Shown here in pieces: positions 13,701-24,800 of a stretch of 64,000 nucleotides of DNA. Under the pieces are notes generated by a model. The model was not told the DNA's origin. It was given only the letters and a program-made list of their open reading frames with translations, and did not search any database. The stretch is from Chiloscyllium plagiosum (Eukaryota). A program made the position numbers and the translations under genes. Position 1 is the stretch's first letter, and the number at the start of each line of letters is the position of its first letter. The stretch lies in contig NC_057728.1 in assembly GCF_004010195.1 (NCBI RefSeq), positions 43,229,431-43,293,430 of the forward strand, given 5' to 3'.

Positions 13701-14379
13701 CTGGAAGAGGGCACTTTTGGTATGATCAGCAAGTTTGCAAATGATACGAAGATTGGTGGATAGCAGAAAGCATTAGGGACTGTCAACGAATACATGAGGA
13801 TATAGATAGACTGGAGAGTTGGACGGAAAAGTAGCAGCTGGATTTCAATCCTGGCAAATGTGAGGTGATGCATTTAGGCAAGACTAATTCTCGAGCGAAT
13901 TATACAATGAACGGAAGAGCCTTGGGAGAAGTCGATGGGCAGAGAGATCTGGGAGTGCAGGTCCATTGTACCCTGAAGGTTGCTGCACAGGTGGATAGAG
14001 TGGTCAAGAAGGCATATAATATGCTTGCCTTCATTGGACGGGGTATTGAGTATAAGAGCTGGCAAGTCATGTTAAAATTGTACAAGACATTAGTTTGGCC
14101 ACATTTAGAATACTATGTACAGTTCTGGTCGCCACATTACCAAAAGGATGTGGACACTTTGGATAAGGTGCAGAGAAGGTTTACGAGGCTGTTGCCTGGT
14201 ATGGAAGGTGATAGTTATGAAGAGAGATGGAAATGTGTTGCTGGTAAAGCGCAGCAGGTCAGGCAGCATCTAGGGAACAGTAGAATCGACGTTTCGGGCA
14301 TTAGCCCTTCTTCAGGAATGAGGAAAGTTGGTCCAGCAGGCTAAGATAAAAGATAGGGAGGAGGGACTTGGGGGAGGGG

Positions 14380-15326
14380 GGATACAGAATTGGCTGGCCG
14401 AAAGAAGACAGCGAGTGGTAGTGGATAGAAAGCATTCCGCCTGGAAGTCAGTGACCAACGTTGTTCTTGGACCTCTGGTCTTTGTAGTTTTTATAAATGA
14501 CTTGGACGAAGAAGCGGAAGGGTTGGGTTAGTAAGTTTGCCGATGACACAAAATTCGATGGTGTTGCAGTTAGTATCGAGGGCTATCGCAAACTACAACA
14601 AAACATTGGCAGGATGCAGAGTGGGGCTGAGAAGTGGCAGAAAGAGTTCAACCTGGATAAATGCAAAGTGATCCATTTTGGAAGTGCAAATTTGAATGCA
14701 GGTTTAAGACAGGATTCTTCGCAGTGTAGAGGAACAGCGGGATCTTGGCGTCCGTGTACATAGATCCCTCAAAATTGTCACCTAAGTTGATAGGATTGTT
14801 AAGAAGGTGTTTTGGCTTTCATTAACAGGGGGATTGAGTTTTAAGAGCCGTGAGGTTTTGCTGCAGGTGTATAAAACCCTGGTCAACTTGGAATATTGTG
14901 TCCAGTTCTGGTCACCTTATTATAGGAAGGATGTGGATGCTTTGGAGAGGGTGTAGAGGAGATTTACCAGGATGCTGCCTGGACTGGAGTGCATGTCTTA
15001 TGAAGAGAGGTTGCGTGAGCTAGGGCTTTTCACACTGGAGAGAAGGAGGAAGAGAGGTGACTTGATAGAGGTGTACAATGTAATGAGAGGCATAGATGGA
15101 GTACATAGCCAGAGACTTTTCCCCAGGACAGAAATGGCTGTCACGAGGGGTCATATTTTTAAGGTGATTGGAGGAAGGTATAAAGGAGATGCCAGGGGTA
15201 AGTTCTTTTCACAGAGAGTGATGGATGCATGCCAGCAATGGTGGTAGAGTTGGAGATATTAGGGACATTCAAGCAACTGCTGGACAAGCACGTGGACAGC
15301 AGTAAATTGAGGGTTGTGTAGCTTAG
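14380..15326 (+). mobile_element. CR1 RT/3' fragment (same subfamily as about 8190-9130)
   Basis: [37 protein letters not shown]. Confidence 0.85.
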
Positions 15327-16797
15327 GCGGAAGTAGGTACTGCAGAGGCTGAAGATTAGAATCAAGATTAGAGTAGTGCTGGAAAAGCANNNNNNNNNNN
15401 NNNNNNNNNNNNNNNNNNNNNNNNNNNNNNNNNNNNNNNNNNNNNNNNNNNNNNNNNNNNNNNNNNNNNNNNNNNNNNNNNNNNNNNNNNNNNNNNNNNN
15501 NNNNNNNNNNNNNNNNNNNNNNNNNNNNNNNNNNNNNNNNNNNNNNNNNNNNNNNNNNNNNNNNNNNNNNNNNNNNNNNNNNNNNNNNNNNNNNNNNNNN
15601 NNNNNNNNNNNNNNNNNNNNNNNNNNNNNNNNNNNNNNNNNNNNNNNNNNNNNNNNNNNNNNNNNNNNNNNNNNNNNNNNNNNNNNNNNNNNNNNNNNNN
15701 NNNNNNNNNNNNNNNNNNNNNNNNNNNNNNNNNNNNNNNNNNNNNNNNNNNNNNNNNNNNNNNNNNNNNNNNNNNNNNNNNNNNNNNNNNNNNNNNNNNN
15801 NNNNNNNNNNNNNNNNNNNNNNNNNNNNNNNNNNNNNNNNNNNNNNNNNNNNNNNNNNNNNNNNNNNNNNNNNNNNNNNNNNNNNNNNNNNNNNNNNNNN
15901 NNNNNNNNNNNNNNNNNNNNNNNNNNNNNNNNNNNNNNNNNNNNNNNNNNNNNNNNNNNNNNNNNNNNNNNNNNNNNNNNNNNNNNNNNNNNNNNNNNNN
16001 NNNNNNNNNNNNNNNNNNNNNNNNNNNNNNNNNNNNNNNNNNNNNNNNNNNNNNNNNNNNNNNNNNNNNNNNNNNNNNNNNNNNNNNNNNNNNNNNNNNN
16101 NNNNNNNNNNNNNNNNNNNNNNNNNNNNNNNNNNNNNNNNNNNNNNNNNNNNNNNNNNNNNNNNNNNNNNNNNNNNNNNNNNNNNNNNNNNNNNNNNNNN
16201 NNNNNNNNNNNNNNNNNNNNNNNNNNNNNNNNNNNNNNNNNNNNNNNNNNNNNNNNNNNNNNNNNNNNNNNNNNNNNNNNNNNNNNNNNNNNNNNNNNNN
16301 NNNNNNNNNNNNNNNNNCAAGAATAGTTATGAAAATATTTAAAAATGCAGACTGGTGGCAAGAACTCCAGATCAAAGAGGAACACAACACAACAGATACA
16401 AAACAAGCCCTGTTCATTGTAAAATAGCCCAAGTAATAAACACTTACCACCTGTTGTTAACACCCCATAACCTAGACTGACCGAGATGTAGACAAAAACA
16501 GGAAGTCCCCCTTCCTCTGAAGCTGATGAAATAAGTAAATTAAGTATTTAAACAGAACAAAGTGCAGCATAATAATCTAAACTGCATAGAAGCTCTTCAG
16601 CCACATTCTCAAACAGAATCCATCAAATTCAGCACCGCCTTCCTAACCTGCAATCTTCTTCCCGACCTCTCCGCCCCCACCCCAGTCTGACCTATCACCC
16701 TCACCTTGACCTCTTTCCACCTATCACATTTCCGACGCCCCTCCCCCAAGTCCCTCCTCCCTATCTTTTATCTTAGCCTGCTGGACCAACTTTCCTC

Positions 16798-16833
16798 ATT
16801 CCTGAAGAAGGGCTAATGCCCGAAACGTCGATT
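16798..16833 (+). ncRNA. Minimal type I hammerhead ribozyme motif (Penelope pLTR)
   Basis: attc-CTGAAGA-a-GGGC taat GCCC-GAAA-CGTC-gatt; mirror copy on the minus strand at about 14283-14318. Confidence 0.65.
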
Positions 16834-17688
16834 CTCCTGTTCCCTAGATGCTGCCTGACCTGCTGCGCTTTTCCAGCAACACATTTCCATCTCTGATCTC
16901 CAGCATCCGCAGACCTCACTTTCTCCTCAGTTATGAAGAGAGGTTGAGTAGGTTAGGTTTAGGTTTTCATTAGAAAAAAGGAGATTGAGGGGGGACCTGA
17001 TTGAGGTTTACAAAATCATGAAGGATATAGATAGGGTGAATAGAGGCAAACTTTTTCCCCCAGGGTGAAGGATTCAATAACAAGAGGTCACACTTTCAAA
17101 TATGAGAGGTGGAAAGTTTAAGGGGGACATACGCGGCAAGTACTTCACACAGAGGGTGGTGGGTGTCTGGAACGCGTTGTCAGCAGAGGTGGTAGAGGCA
17201 GGCATGGTAGATTCATTTAAGATGCATCTGGACAGATGCATACGTAGGTGGGAAGCAAAGGGATACAGATGCTTAGGAATTGACCGACAGATTTAGACAG
17301 TACATTTGGATCAGCTCAGGCTTAGAGGGCCAAAGGGCCTGTTCCTGGGCTGTAAATTTTCTTTGTTCTTCTATTATTGGTGTTTTGTCGGTCTCCTCTA
17401 ATTTGTTTGGTTTAGTGATGATGATTTCTGAGCAACAAACTCATTTTTTGTGTGTCTTGCCTTGGGTTGTGTCCTTGATTGGGATACCATGATGGTGGGA
17501 AGCCAGGCTTTTGGCAAATTTTACCTTTCATTGAAAACTGTCTTAAACGACACTTGAAGTTTCACATAAAATCATCTCTCAGTAGCCTCTAATTCCATGC
17601 GGTCTGACATCACTGATATATATCGGATCTGTCTCCATCCCATTCCCATGGGTGTTACACATTAGAAGAGGACTGTATTTAAATATGG

Positions 17689-17868
17689 GGGTTGGCAGTG
17701 TGGTTCTGTTTGTTGACGTTTCAGGCAAGACTCCTTCATCAGGAATGAGCTCTTTGGGGTCTTGCCCAAAATGTCGGTTCTCCTGCTCCTCGGATGCTGA
17801 CTGACCTGCTGTGCTTTTCCAGCACCACTCTCGACTGATCGCCAGCATCCGCATCCTCACTTTCTCCA
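17689..17868. mobile_element. Short Penelope-derived hairpin insertion, 13-bp TSD
   Basis: TATTTAAATATGG at 17676-17688 and 17869-17881; inverted hammerhead-containing segments. Confidence 0.75.
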
Positions 17869-18729
17869 TATTTAAATATGGTCCAAGTCTATACTTTCGA
17901 TGACAGCTTTATTTTATAGTTATATTCCATAAAACTCACATCCCAATAATTATAAGTCCCAGTATTCATACAGCCAATTCATACAGAATTAACCATTAAT
18001 TAATATATCCATCATCTATTCACTCATTCCATTAGCTCTCAGGCATTCTTTCACACCATATCAGATGAAAATGACTAGCTCTAAGTGAATAGGAAATGCA
18101 TTTTCCTACCAATTAAGGGTTTACTGCACCAAAAAACCTTAATTTTTTGTTTCCTATCAGAGGTGGTTTTTTGCTTCAAAAACAAACCTACCGCTATGGT
18201 GAAAATTCAAGCTTTTGGCTGAAATTTTCCTTCTTTCATCTTCAATGGCTGATCCCAGCTAAGCCAGATACAACTCAGTCTAATTTAACCAGATTGGATC
18301 AATAGTGCCAACCAAGGAAACCTACTGCTACAAGCAATTGGTCTTAAATCTGACATACAGTAGACAAATGAAAACAGATACAATTTGGCAGGTAAATCCC
18401 ACAAAAGTTCAAAAATGCAAGAACCTATGTGAAGCTTGTAAACAGTACAAGACATAAGCAACCGATTTCCAACCAAGTTACCTGCTGAGAAGAACTTACA
18501 GTTGAGAAATTTCCCCACTCTTTGCAGTAATTGTGAATTGTAATGCAACACTTTAATTTAGGATCATGGATGACAGGTATTTTGAGTTCAAAAGCCATAA
18601 TGATGGCCCGTTTTAAGGAAGCAAAGCACATCCACTGCTTCAGAAAGGGATTCCATTTGAACCTGGCAAGAACAGTTTTAAAGTATTTTGATAATTTGAA
18701 AGGGACGTGTGCAATTCAATAATACAAAC

Positions 18730-18880
18730 CATCAGATGATCTTTTTGTGGATGTGGTTGTTAATCTGAAACCTGCAGGAAGTGTTTCAGAAGATCCAGGC
18801 ATCATGCTGATTCCATGAACTTCACGGGGAGGGAACTGTTTTCTCCAGGACGGCCTTCGTTGAAAGTTTTTCTCATCGTC
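18730..18880 (-). CDS. PPFIA2: PPFIA2 C-terminal-region exon ([50 protein letters not shown])
   Basis: ccacaag|GACGAT ... TCTGATG|gtttgt; 151 nt. The donor is weak; read-through would stop at TGA 18716-18718. Confidence 0.88.
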
Positions 18881-21800
18881 CTTGTGGTAATGTATGTAAA
18901 GAAAATAATGCAGCATATTTACATGGTTTATAATTTGCAGATAACATGCAAAAACCACTATTTTTATATAAACATGACAAATCTAAATCTAAATCGCAAT
19001 TTGTCTTCTCCCCACATTGAGACGTCAGACAGAAAATAGAAATGCTTGTAATGCGGGTTCAAAACAGCTGGAGACAATAGGTGAATCTGCTCTGAAATCA
19101 AACTGACCAGGAAATTCAATTATAGGGGACTTCAGACAAAGGTTACCTGTACAGGTAAAACAGACAGAATTGGTGGAAAGAACTCATAGGCTGGTTCCCT
19201 CCTGTGTTCGCTGGTGATATGCGAGAGGAGCCTATCAACAATCACTGAGGGAACTGATCTGTGAGCATTTAAAAATTAAGCAGTGGCAGTAATGAAGGGA
19301 GGCAGAGCTGTGTTTTCCTGGAGGAAATGGGAAGATCTAGTGCTGGTGGCCAAGAACCTGCCCGTCAGTGTGTAATGGTTTTTGCTGGCAGCTTGAGGAC
19401 CTTTCTGGAAGCTGTACCTCTTGCTTGAGACAACAGACTGAGATCTTTGTCAAAATCATAGACTGAAGCTCAGAGACAAGGATCTGAGAGCCATGCCGTT
19501 TGGGTGGTAGCTGAGGTATATGCCTTTTGCCAGAAGCTTGGAGTTTTACTGTGGTTGGATATGGAAGGGACTGCCGAATGGGGATAATGGGGAGAGGCAT
19601 CTACAGAAGAGGTTTGGTGATAACTTCAAAAGGGATAGAGTGAGGAAGGAGGCTGAAACAAATGGTGAATATTGGGTGGGGAGGAGGCCACAAGAGAGTG
19701 GCTGGGTTGTGAAAGCTGCAGGAAGAAATGGGTAAGGAGGCTGTATTTGGTGAGTGGGATGGAGGAGGAGGTGCAAGAAGGAGTGGGTTGGATGAAGCAG
19801 TTGCAAGAGGGAGTTGGGATAAGGAGGAGCAATTAGAGACCTGGGAGAAGGAGGACCTCTGAAAGAGAGGTGCAGGAAGAAGGAAGCTTCAAGAGCAGGT
19901 GGAGTTTGCAAGAGGGGTGAAAGAGAAAGAGGAAAGAGGGAGGTTAAGAAAGAGATAATTGTTTCCAAACCCAACAACAAAGAAAGACACTGCTAACTGT
20001 GAATCAGGAAAACTTTGAAAACACGGATGTAATGAATTCCTTCCAAATGATGATGGAATATGGGATTGAGTTGGGAGGTGAAGTTAAAAAGGTATTATAT
20101 ATATATAGTTTTAAAGTCTCAGCTTTACAGATTTTCTTGGTCTGCAGAAGGAGTTCTTGAGATGGTGGCTTTGTGTTTAGAAGTGTGTTAATTTGAAATA
20201 AGTAGTTTTATAATATCATGTCTGTAGTCTTGTATCAACTTAAGTGCTATGGTGTCTGGAAAGTTAATGCTTTCCTCATGTGCTACAGTACTAACTTAAT
20301 GGAGGGTTACTATTTATTGAGGATATTGATGAATTAATCTAATTCTGCTTTGAGAGTTTAAATACCCAGCATGTCAACACAAACACAAAAAGTATTGTCA
20401 GTGCATGACTTTATCATTTAACAAATTAGTTTGTCCAAATGAACAAGGATCCTCTGACAGCCAAAACATAGCCCATGAAAATCAAAATGTAGTCCTTGAG
20501 AACATCTCAAGAAGAGCCCTTTTAAAAAAAAAAGTGGTGTGCTGCATTAACCTGGCTGAATTCTGGGATTCAGACTTTATTTCAATCTCGTGACAGGCCT
20601 TTGGCAAAACCTCCTGTCTGTAAATGGGGCAAAATATAGCTGACGTTGTCTTGAGAGAGCAACTGTGAGGATGCCTTTTTAGTGACTATTCATATGTTCT
20701 GATAACTTGAAATGGTACAGAAAAGATTTACAAGGATGTTGTGGTTCTGTTCGCTGAGCTGGGAATTTGTGTTGCAGACGTTTCGTCCCCTGTCTAGGTG
20801 ACATCCTCAGTGCTTGGGAGCCTCCTGTGAAACGCTTCTGTGTTGTTTCCTCCGGCATTTATAGTGGTTTGTCTCTGCCGCTTCCAGTTGTCCGCTGCAG
20901 TGGTCGGTATATTGTGTCCAGGTCGATGTGTTTGTTGATAGAATCTGTGGATGAGTGCCATGTCTCTAGGAATTGCCTGGCTGTTCTGTTTGGCTTGTCC
21001 TATAATAGTAGTGTTGTCCCAGCATGAGCAAAACCAACGTAGTGTACAAAATCCCATGCAAAGATTGCACAAAACAATACATAGGACAAACAGGAAGACA
21101 GCTAATGATCCATATCCATGGACACCAACTAGCCACGAAACGACACGATCAGCTATCCTTAGTAGCCACACGCAGAAGACAAGCAACATGTGTTCGACTG
21201 GGACAACACTATTATAGAACAAGCCAAACAGAACAGCCAGGGAATTCCTAGAGGCATGGCACTCATCCACAGATTCTATCAACAAACACGTCGATCTGGA
21301 CCCAATATACCGGCCACTTCAGCGGACAGCTGGAACTGACAACCGGAGACAAACCACTATAAATGCCGGAGGAAACAACATAGAAGCTCTTCACAGGAGG
21401 CTCCCAAGCACTGAGGATGTCACCTCGACAGGGGATGAAACACCTTCAACACAAATTCCCAGCTCGGCGAACAGAACCACAATAACGAGCACCCGAGCTA
21501 CATATCTTCTCACAAACATTTTACAAGGATGTTGCCAGGGTAGAGGTTGAATAGGCTTGGGCTACTTTTCCCTGGAGTGTCGGAGGCTGAGGGGTGACCT
21601 TAGATTAGATTAGATTCCCTACAATGTGGAAACTGGCCCTTCAGCCAATCCAGTCCACACTGACCCTCTGAAGAGTAACCCACCCAGGCTCATTTCCCTC
21701 TGACTAATGCACCTAACACTATGGGCAATTTAGCATGGCCGTTTCACCTGAATTGCACATCTTTGGACTGTGGGAGGAAACTGGAGCACCCAGAGGAAAC

Positions 21801-24800
21801 CCACGCAGACTTGGGGAGAATGTCTGTGTGGAGTTTGCACAATCGCCCGAGGCTGGAATTGAACTTGGCACTGTGAGGCAGCAGTGTAAACCACTGAGCC
21901 ACCGTGCCGCTCTTATAGAGGCTTATAAAATCATGAGGGGCACGGACAGGATAAATAGACAGTCTTTTCCTGGGGGAGAGTGAGTCCAGAACTACAGGCA
22001 TAGGTTTAGGATGACAGAGGCAAGATATAAAAGAGACCTAAGGGGCAACCTTTTCATACAGAGGTTAGTACATGTATGGAATGAGCTGTCAGATGAAGTG
22101 ATGGAGGCTAGTACAATTGCAACATTTAAAAAGGCATCTGGATGCGTATATGAATAGGAAGGGTTTGGAGGGATAAGGGATGGGTGCTGGTAGGTGGGAC
22201 TAGATTGGGTTGGGATATCTGGTTGGCATGGACGAGTTGCACTGAAGGATCTGTTTCCATGCTGTACATCTCTATGACTCTGTGGTCTGGGCTGCCTGCT
22301 TAAGAATGTTCTGAGTGGTCTGGCCTAGTCCATAACATTCGTGCAAATGGTTATGGAAACTTAAATTGCTCTGAATGTGATTTATATTTAGAATTCTGTG
22401 ATGTTTTGCACTGTTCACTCCAATGAGGGGAATTGGATCAATAAAAGCAGCCCAATTAATTAGGAAATTCTAGGCTAACATATATTAAATTATTACCTGG
22501 TTTTAAAATCAACCTACATTAACAAAAATTACTTCATTGATGAATCTAAAGGATATATAGTCAAAAATTGTTAGAAATAAATTTCAAACCACAAATTTTA
22601 TACATATTTTACAACATTGTTATTAAATCTATTACTTAAAGTCAATGAATGTGGCATGGAGAAATTACTCACATCATCAAGAGCCCGCTCTGTTCCAAGT
22701 GCAAGAAGGTTATTATACTCTCTTTCAAGTACCTGTCTTGCCTGAAGAAAAGTGCAGTATTTAATAAATGATTTTTAAAGTAATACATATTGTACTGCAT
22801 TACAGCTCATTCAACTGGTTGAATAATATTTCATAAACAGAAGTGAACTTGACTGATGATATAAAAGGCCAGAGAGAAGATTGATAAGTTCTCTGTTGGA
22901 TTGCTAGAGGCATTTATACAAGAGATTGAAAGGAAGAGAGAGATGCTGTAACCATAAGGAATCAGAAAATCCTCCAGTCAAACACAACATTGTCGATGGG
23001 AGCAGGATGTTTTGCCAGGAGTTTGGTTTTGAGCATTTGGGTAAAGTGCCCAAAGGAATTAAATTACTGCACACAAGTGGCCAAAGTAATTTCAGATTCT
23101 GGTAGCAGCTCACCATACACAAACACAAGAGCATGGGGCTGCTAGCTATTCAACCCATTGGAGCTATACTCTCCCTCTGGAAATGCTGCAAATCTTTCCC
23201 AACTCCCCTGCTATTTGCCCAAAGCCTTCCAAATACTTTCTTAAAATGTTAAATTCCAAATCTCTTGAGAATAACTGCTGAGTCTGCATCCAGCTACTGT
23301 TAGACTGTTAGACTGTTCCAGATGCTCAGAAGTTGCTGAGTGAAAAAATCTTCACATTTTCACCCAGAATGACTTGCCAATTGTTGGAGTCGTGGAGCGA
23401 AGTGAATGGGCTGTGTTCTAATGGCAGAACAGACCGAGCATGGGCCGTGTCCCGTGGCGGAGGGACGAAACACGTGCCAGGTCTTGTGGTGTAACTGAGC
23501 GACCATGGGCCGAGTCCTGTGGTGGAACGAGTACAGGCTGGGTCCTGCAACAGCAGCGGAGTAATGGGCGATTCCTGGAGCAGAGACAGAGAGAGTCCTG
23601 GATGGAGGCCAGCACGAGAATTCTTAGAGGCATGGTACTCTAACCAGAGCTCCATCAATAAACACATCGTTTTAGATCCTATCTATCTTCCCTTGAAAAA
23701 AAACTGAAATGGCATCACCCACCTTAAGAAACGAAGACCTAGAAATAAAGGCGGGACATACCACCAGTGCTTCACCAGAGACTCTCACTGATGATGTTAC
23801 TTAGTATGGTGATGAAACGTCTGAAAACAAACCTTCAAGTTCAGCGAGCTAACTTACATACTTATTTCACTGAACATGGGGGAGCTGCTGGTTGTAATTT
23901 TTGTCCATGTTGGCACTCTGGGCACTGCGCTAACAACATGGCTATGCCTGCATCTAATTCTGACCACCAGACATAACCTCAACAGAATCTTCATTTTGGA
24001 AACCCCTGGATGACCCTGGTGGAGTTCAGCCATTATCCAGTGGTTACCTTTGCTCAGAACAATTACTCTCGCTCCCAGAATAATATGCTGTCCTCTATTG
24101 TGATCAGGTTTCTTTGGGCTTAAAAAGTTTCAATTCTGATGGCCCTTTGGTCCTCCTCATCACCACCAGCTCTTTCAGTTATTCCAGGAATGGATCTTTC
24201 TGCATCCAAATTATGATATTGTCAGCTGTGACTGAAAGTGTGGCCAGAAAATTTAAAAAGATATGGATTTTTCCAGTGCTGGTACAAATGGCAGTGTATC
24301 TGCCAGTGGCAGGCGATTCATAGCATCCACATTTGCTACGGGTCTCCTGGATGGTGTTTCAAGTGGTAATTATACACACTTAATATTAGAACCCACTGCT
24401 GAATTCAGCCTGAAGGTATGGGCAGCACTGCCTTGCCCTACTTTAGTACACCTACCAGGGGTTTGTAGTCTTATTACTACAAATTTACTTCTGTGAAGGT
24501 ATCGGTGGAACTTCTCAACTCAGAATATGACCGCCAAACCTTCATTCTCTATCTGGGCATATTTACACTCTGCACTAGCCAAAGTCCTGGATGCAAATAC
24601 TATTGGGCATTCCTCTCCATTGGACCACCTATGAGCTAATACTAATCAGATGCCATTCAGGGAGGCATGGCATGTCAAGACCAGTTCTTGCTTGGGATCA
24701 TAGTGTGCCAATACCTTCGAGGAATAGAGCTGTTTCTTCACCTCCCTGAAGGACTTGGGTAGGCGACCATTTCCCAGGCTGATTGTATTTTATAAGTCAC

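Larger units (their letters stand above)
14227..16928. mobile_element. Penelope-like (Neptune-type) inverted-repeat insertion with 14-bp TSD
   Basis: AGTTATGAAGAGAG at 14213-14226 and 16929-16942; arms at about 14223-14378 and 16738-16893 are near-perfect inverted copies; the interior holds unrelated CR1 sequence and a gap. Confidence 0.75.
10740..17372 (+). mobile_element. Second near full-length CR1 LINE, interrupted at 14227-16928 and by N gaps
   Basis: ORF1 esterase (11643..11876), endonuclease (YFNARS, ITETW, YRPPNS), RT (12964..14226); resumes at 16929; ttctttgttc tail. Confidence 0.9.
20706..22281 (+). mobile_element. CR1 3' fragment hosting a Penelope insertion and a SINE
   Basis: [19 protein letters not shown]; ctctatgactc tail. 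Confidence 0.8.

Noticed and set aside
15159..16463. Long ORFs of 316-434 aa, and similar ORFs at 12212-12725 and 42737-43360
   Set aside because: They are artefacts of translating N gaps.
17573..17620. Possible alternative terminal PPFIA2 exon (atatcag|TG ATG TCA GAC..TGA, minus strand)
   Set aside because: No similarity to liprin C-termini, poor polypyrimidine tract, and adjacent to Penelope RT remnant.
21850..21911. tRNA gene
   Set aside because: It is the tRNA-derived head of the HE1 SINE; no full cloverleaf.
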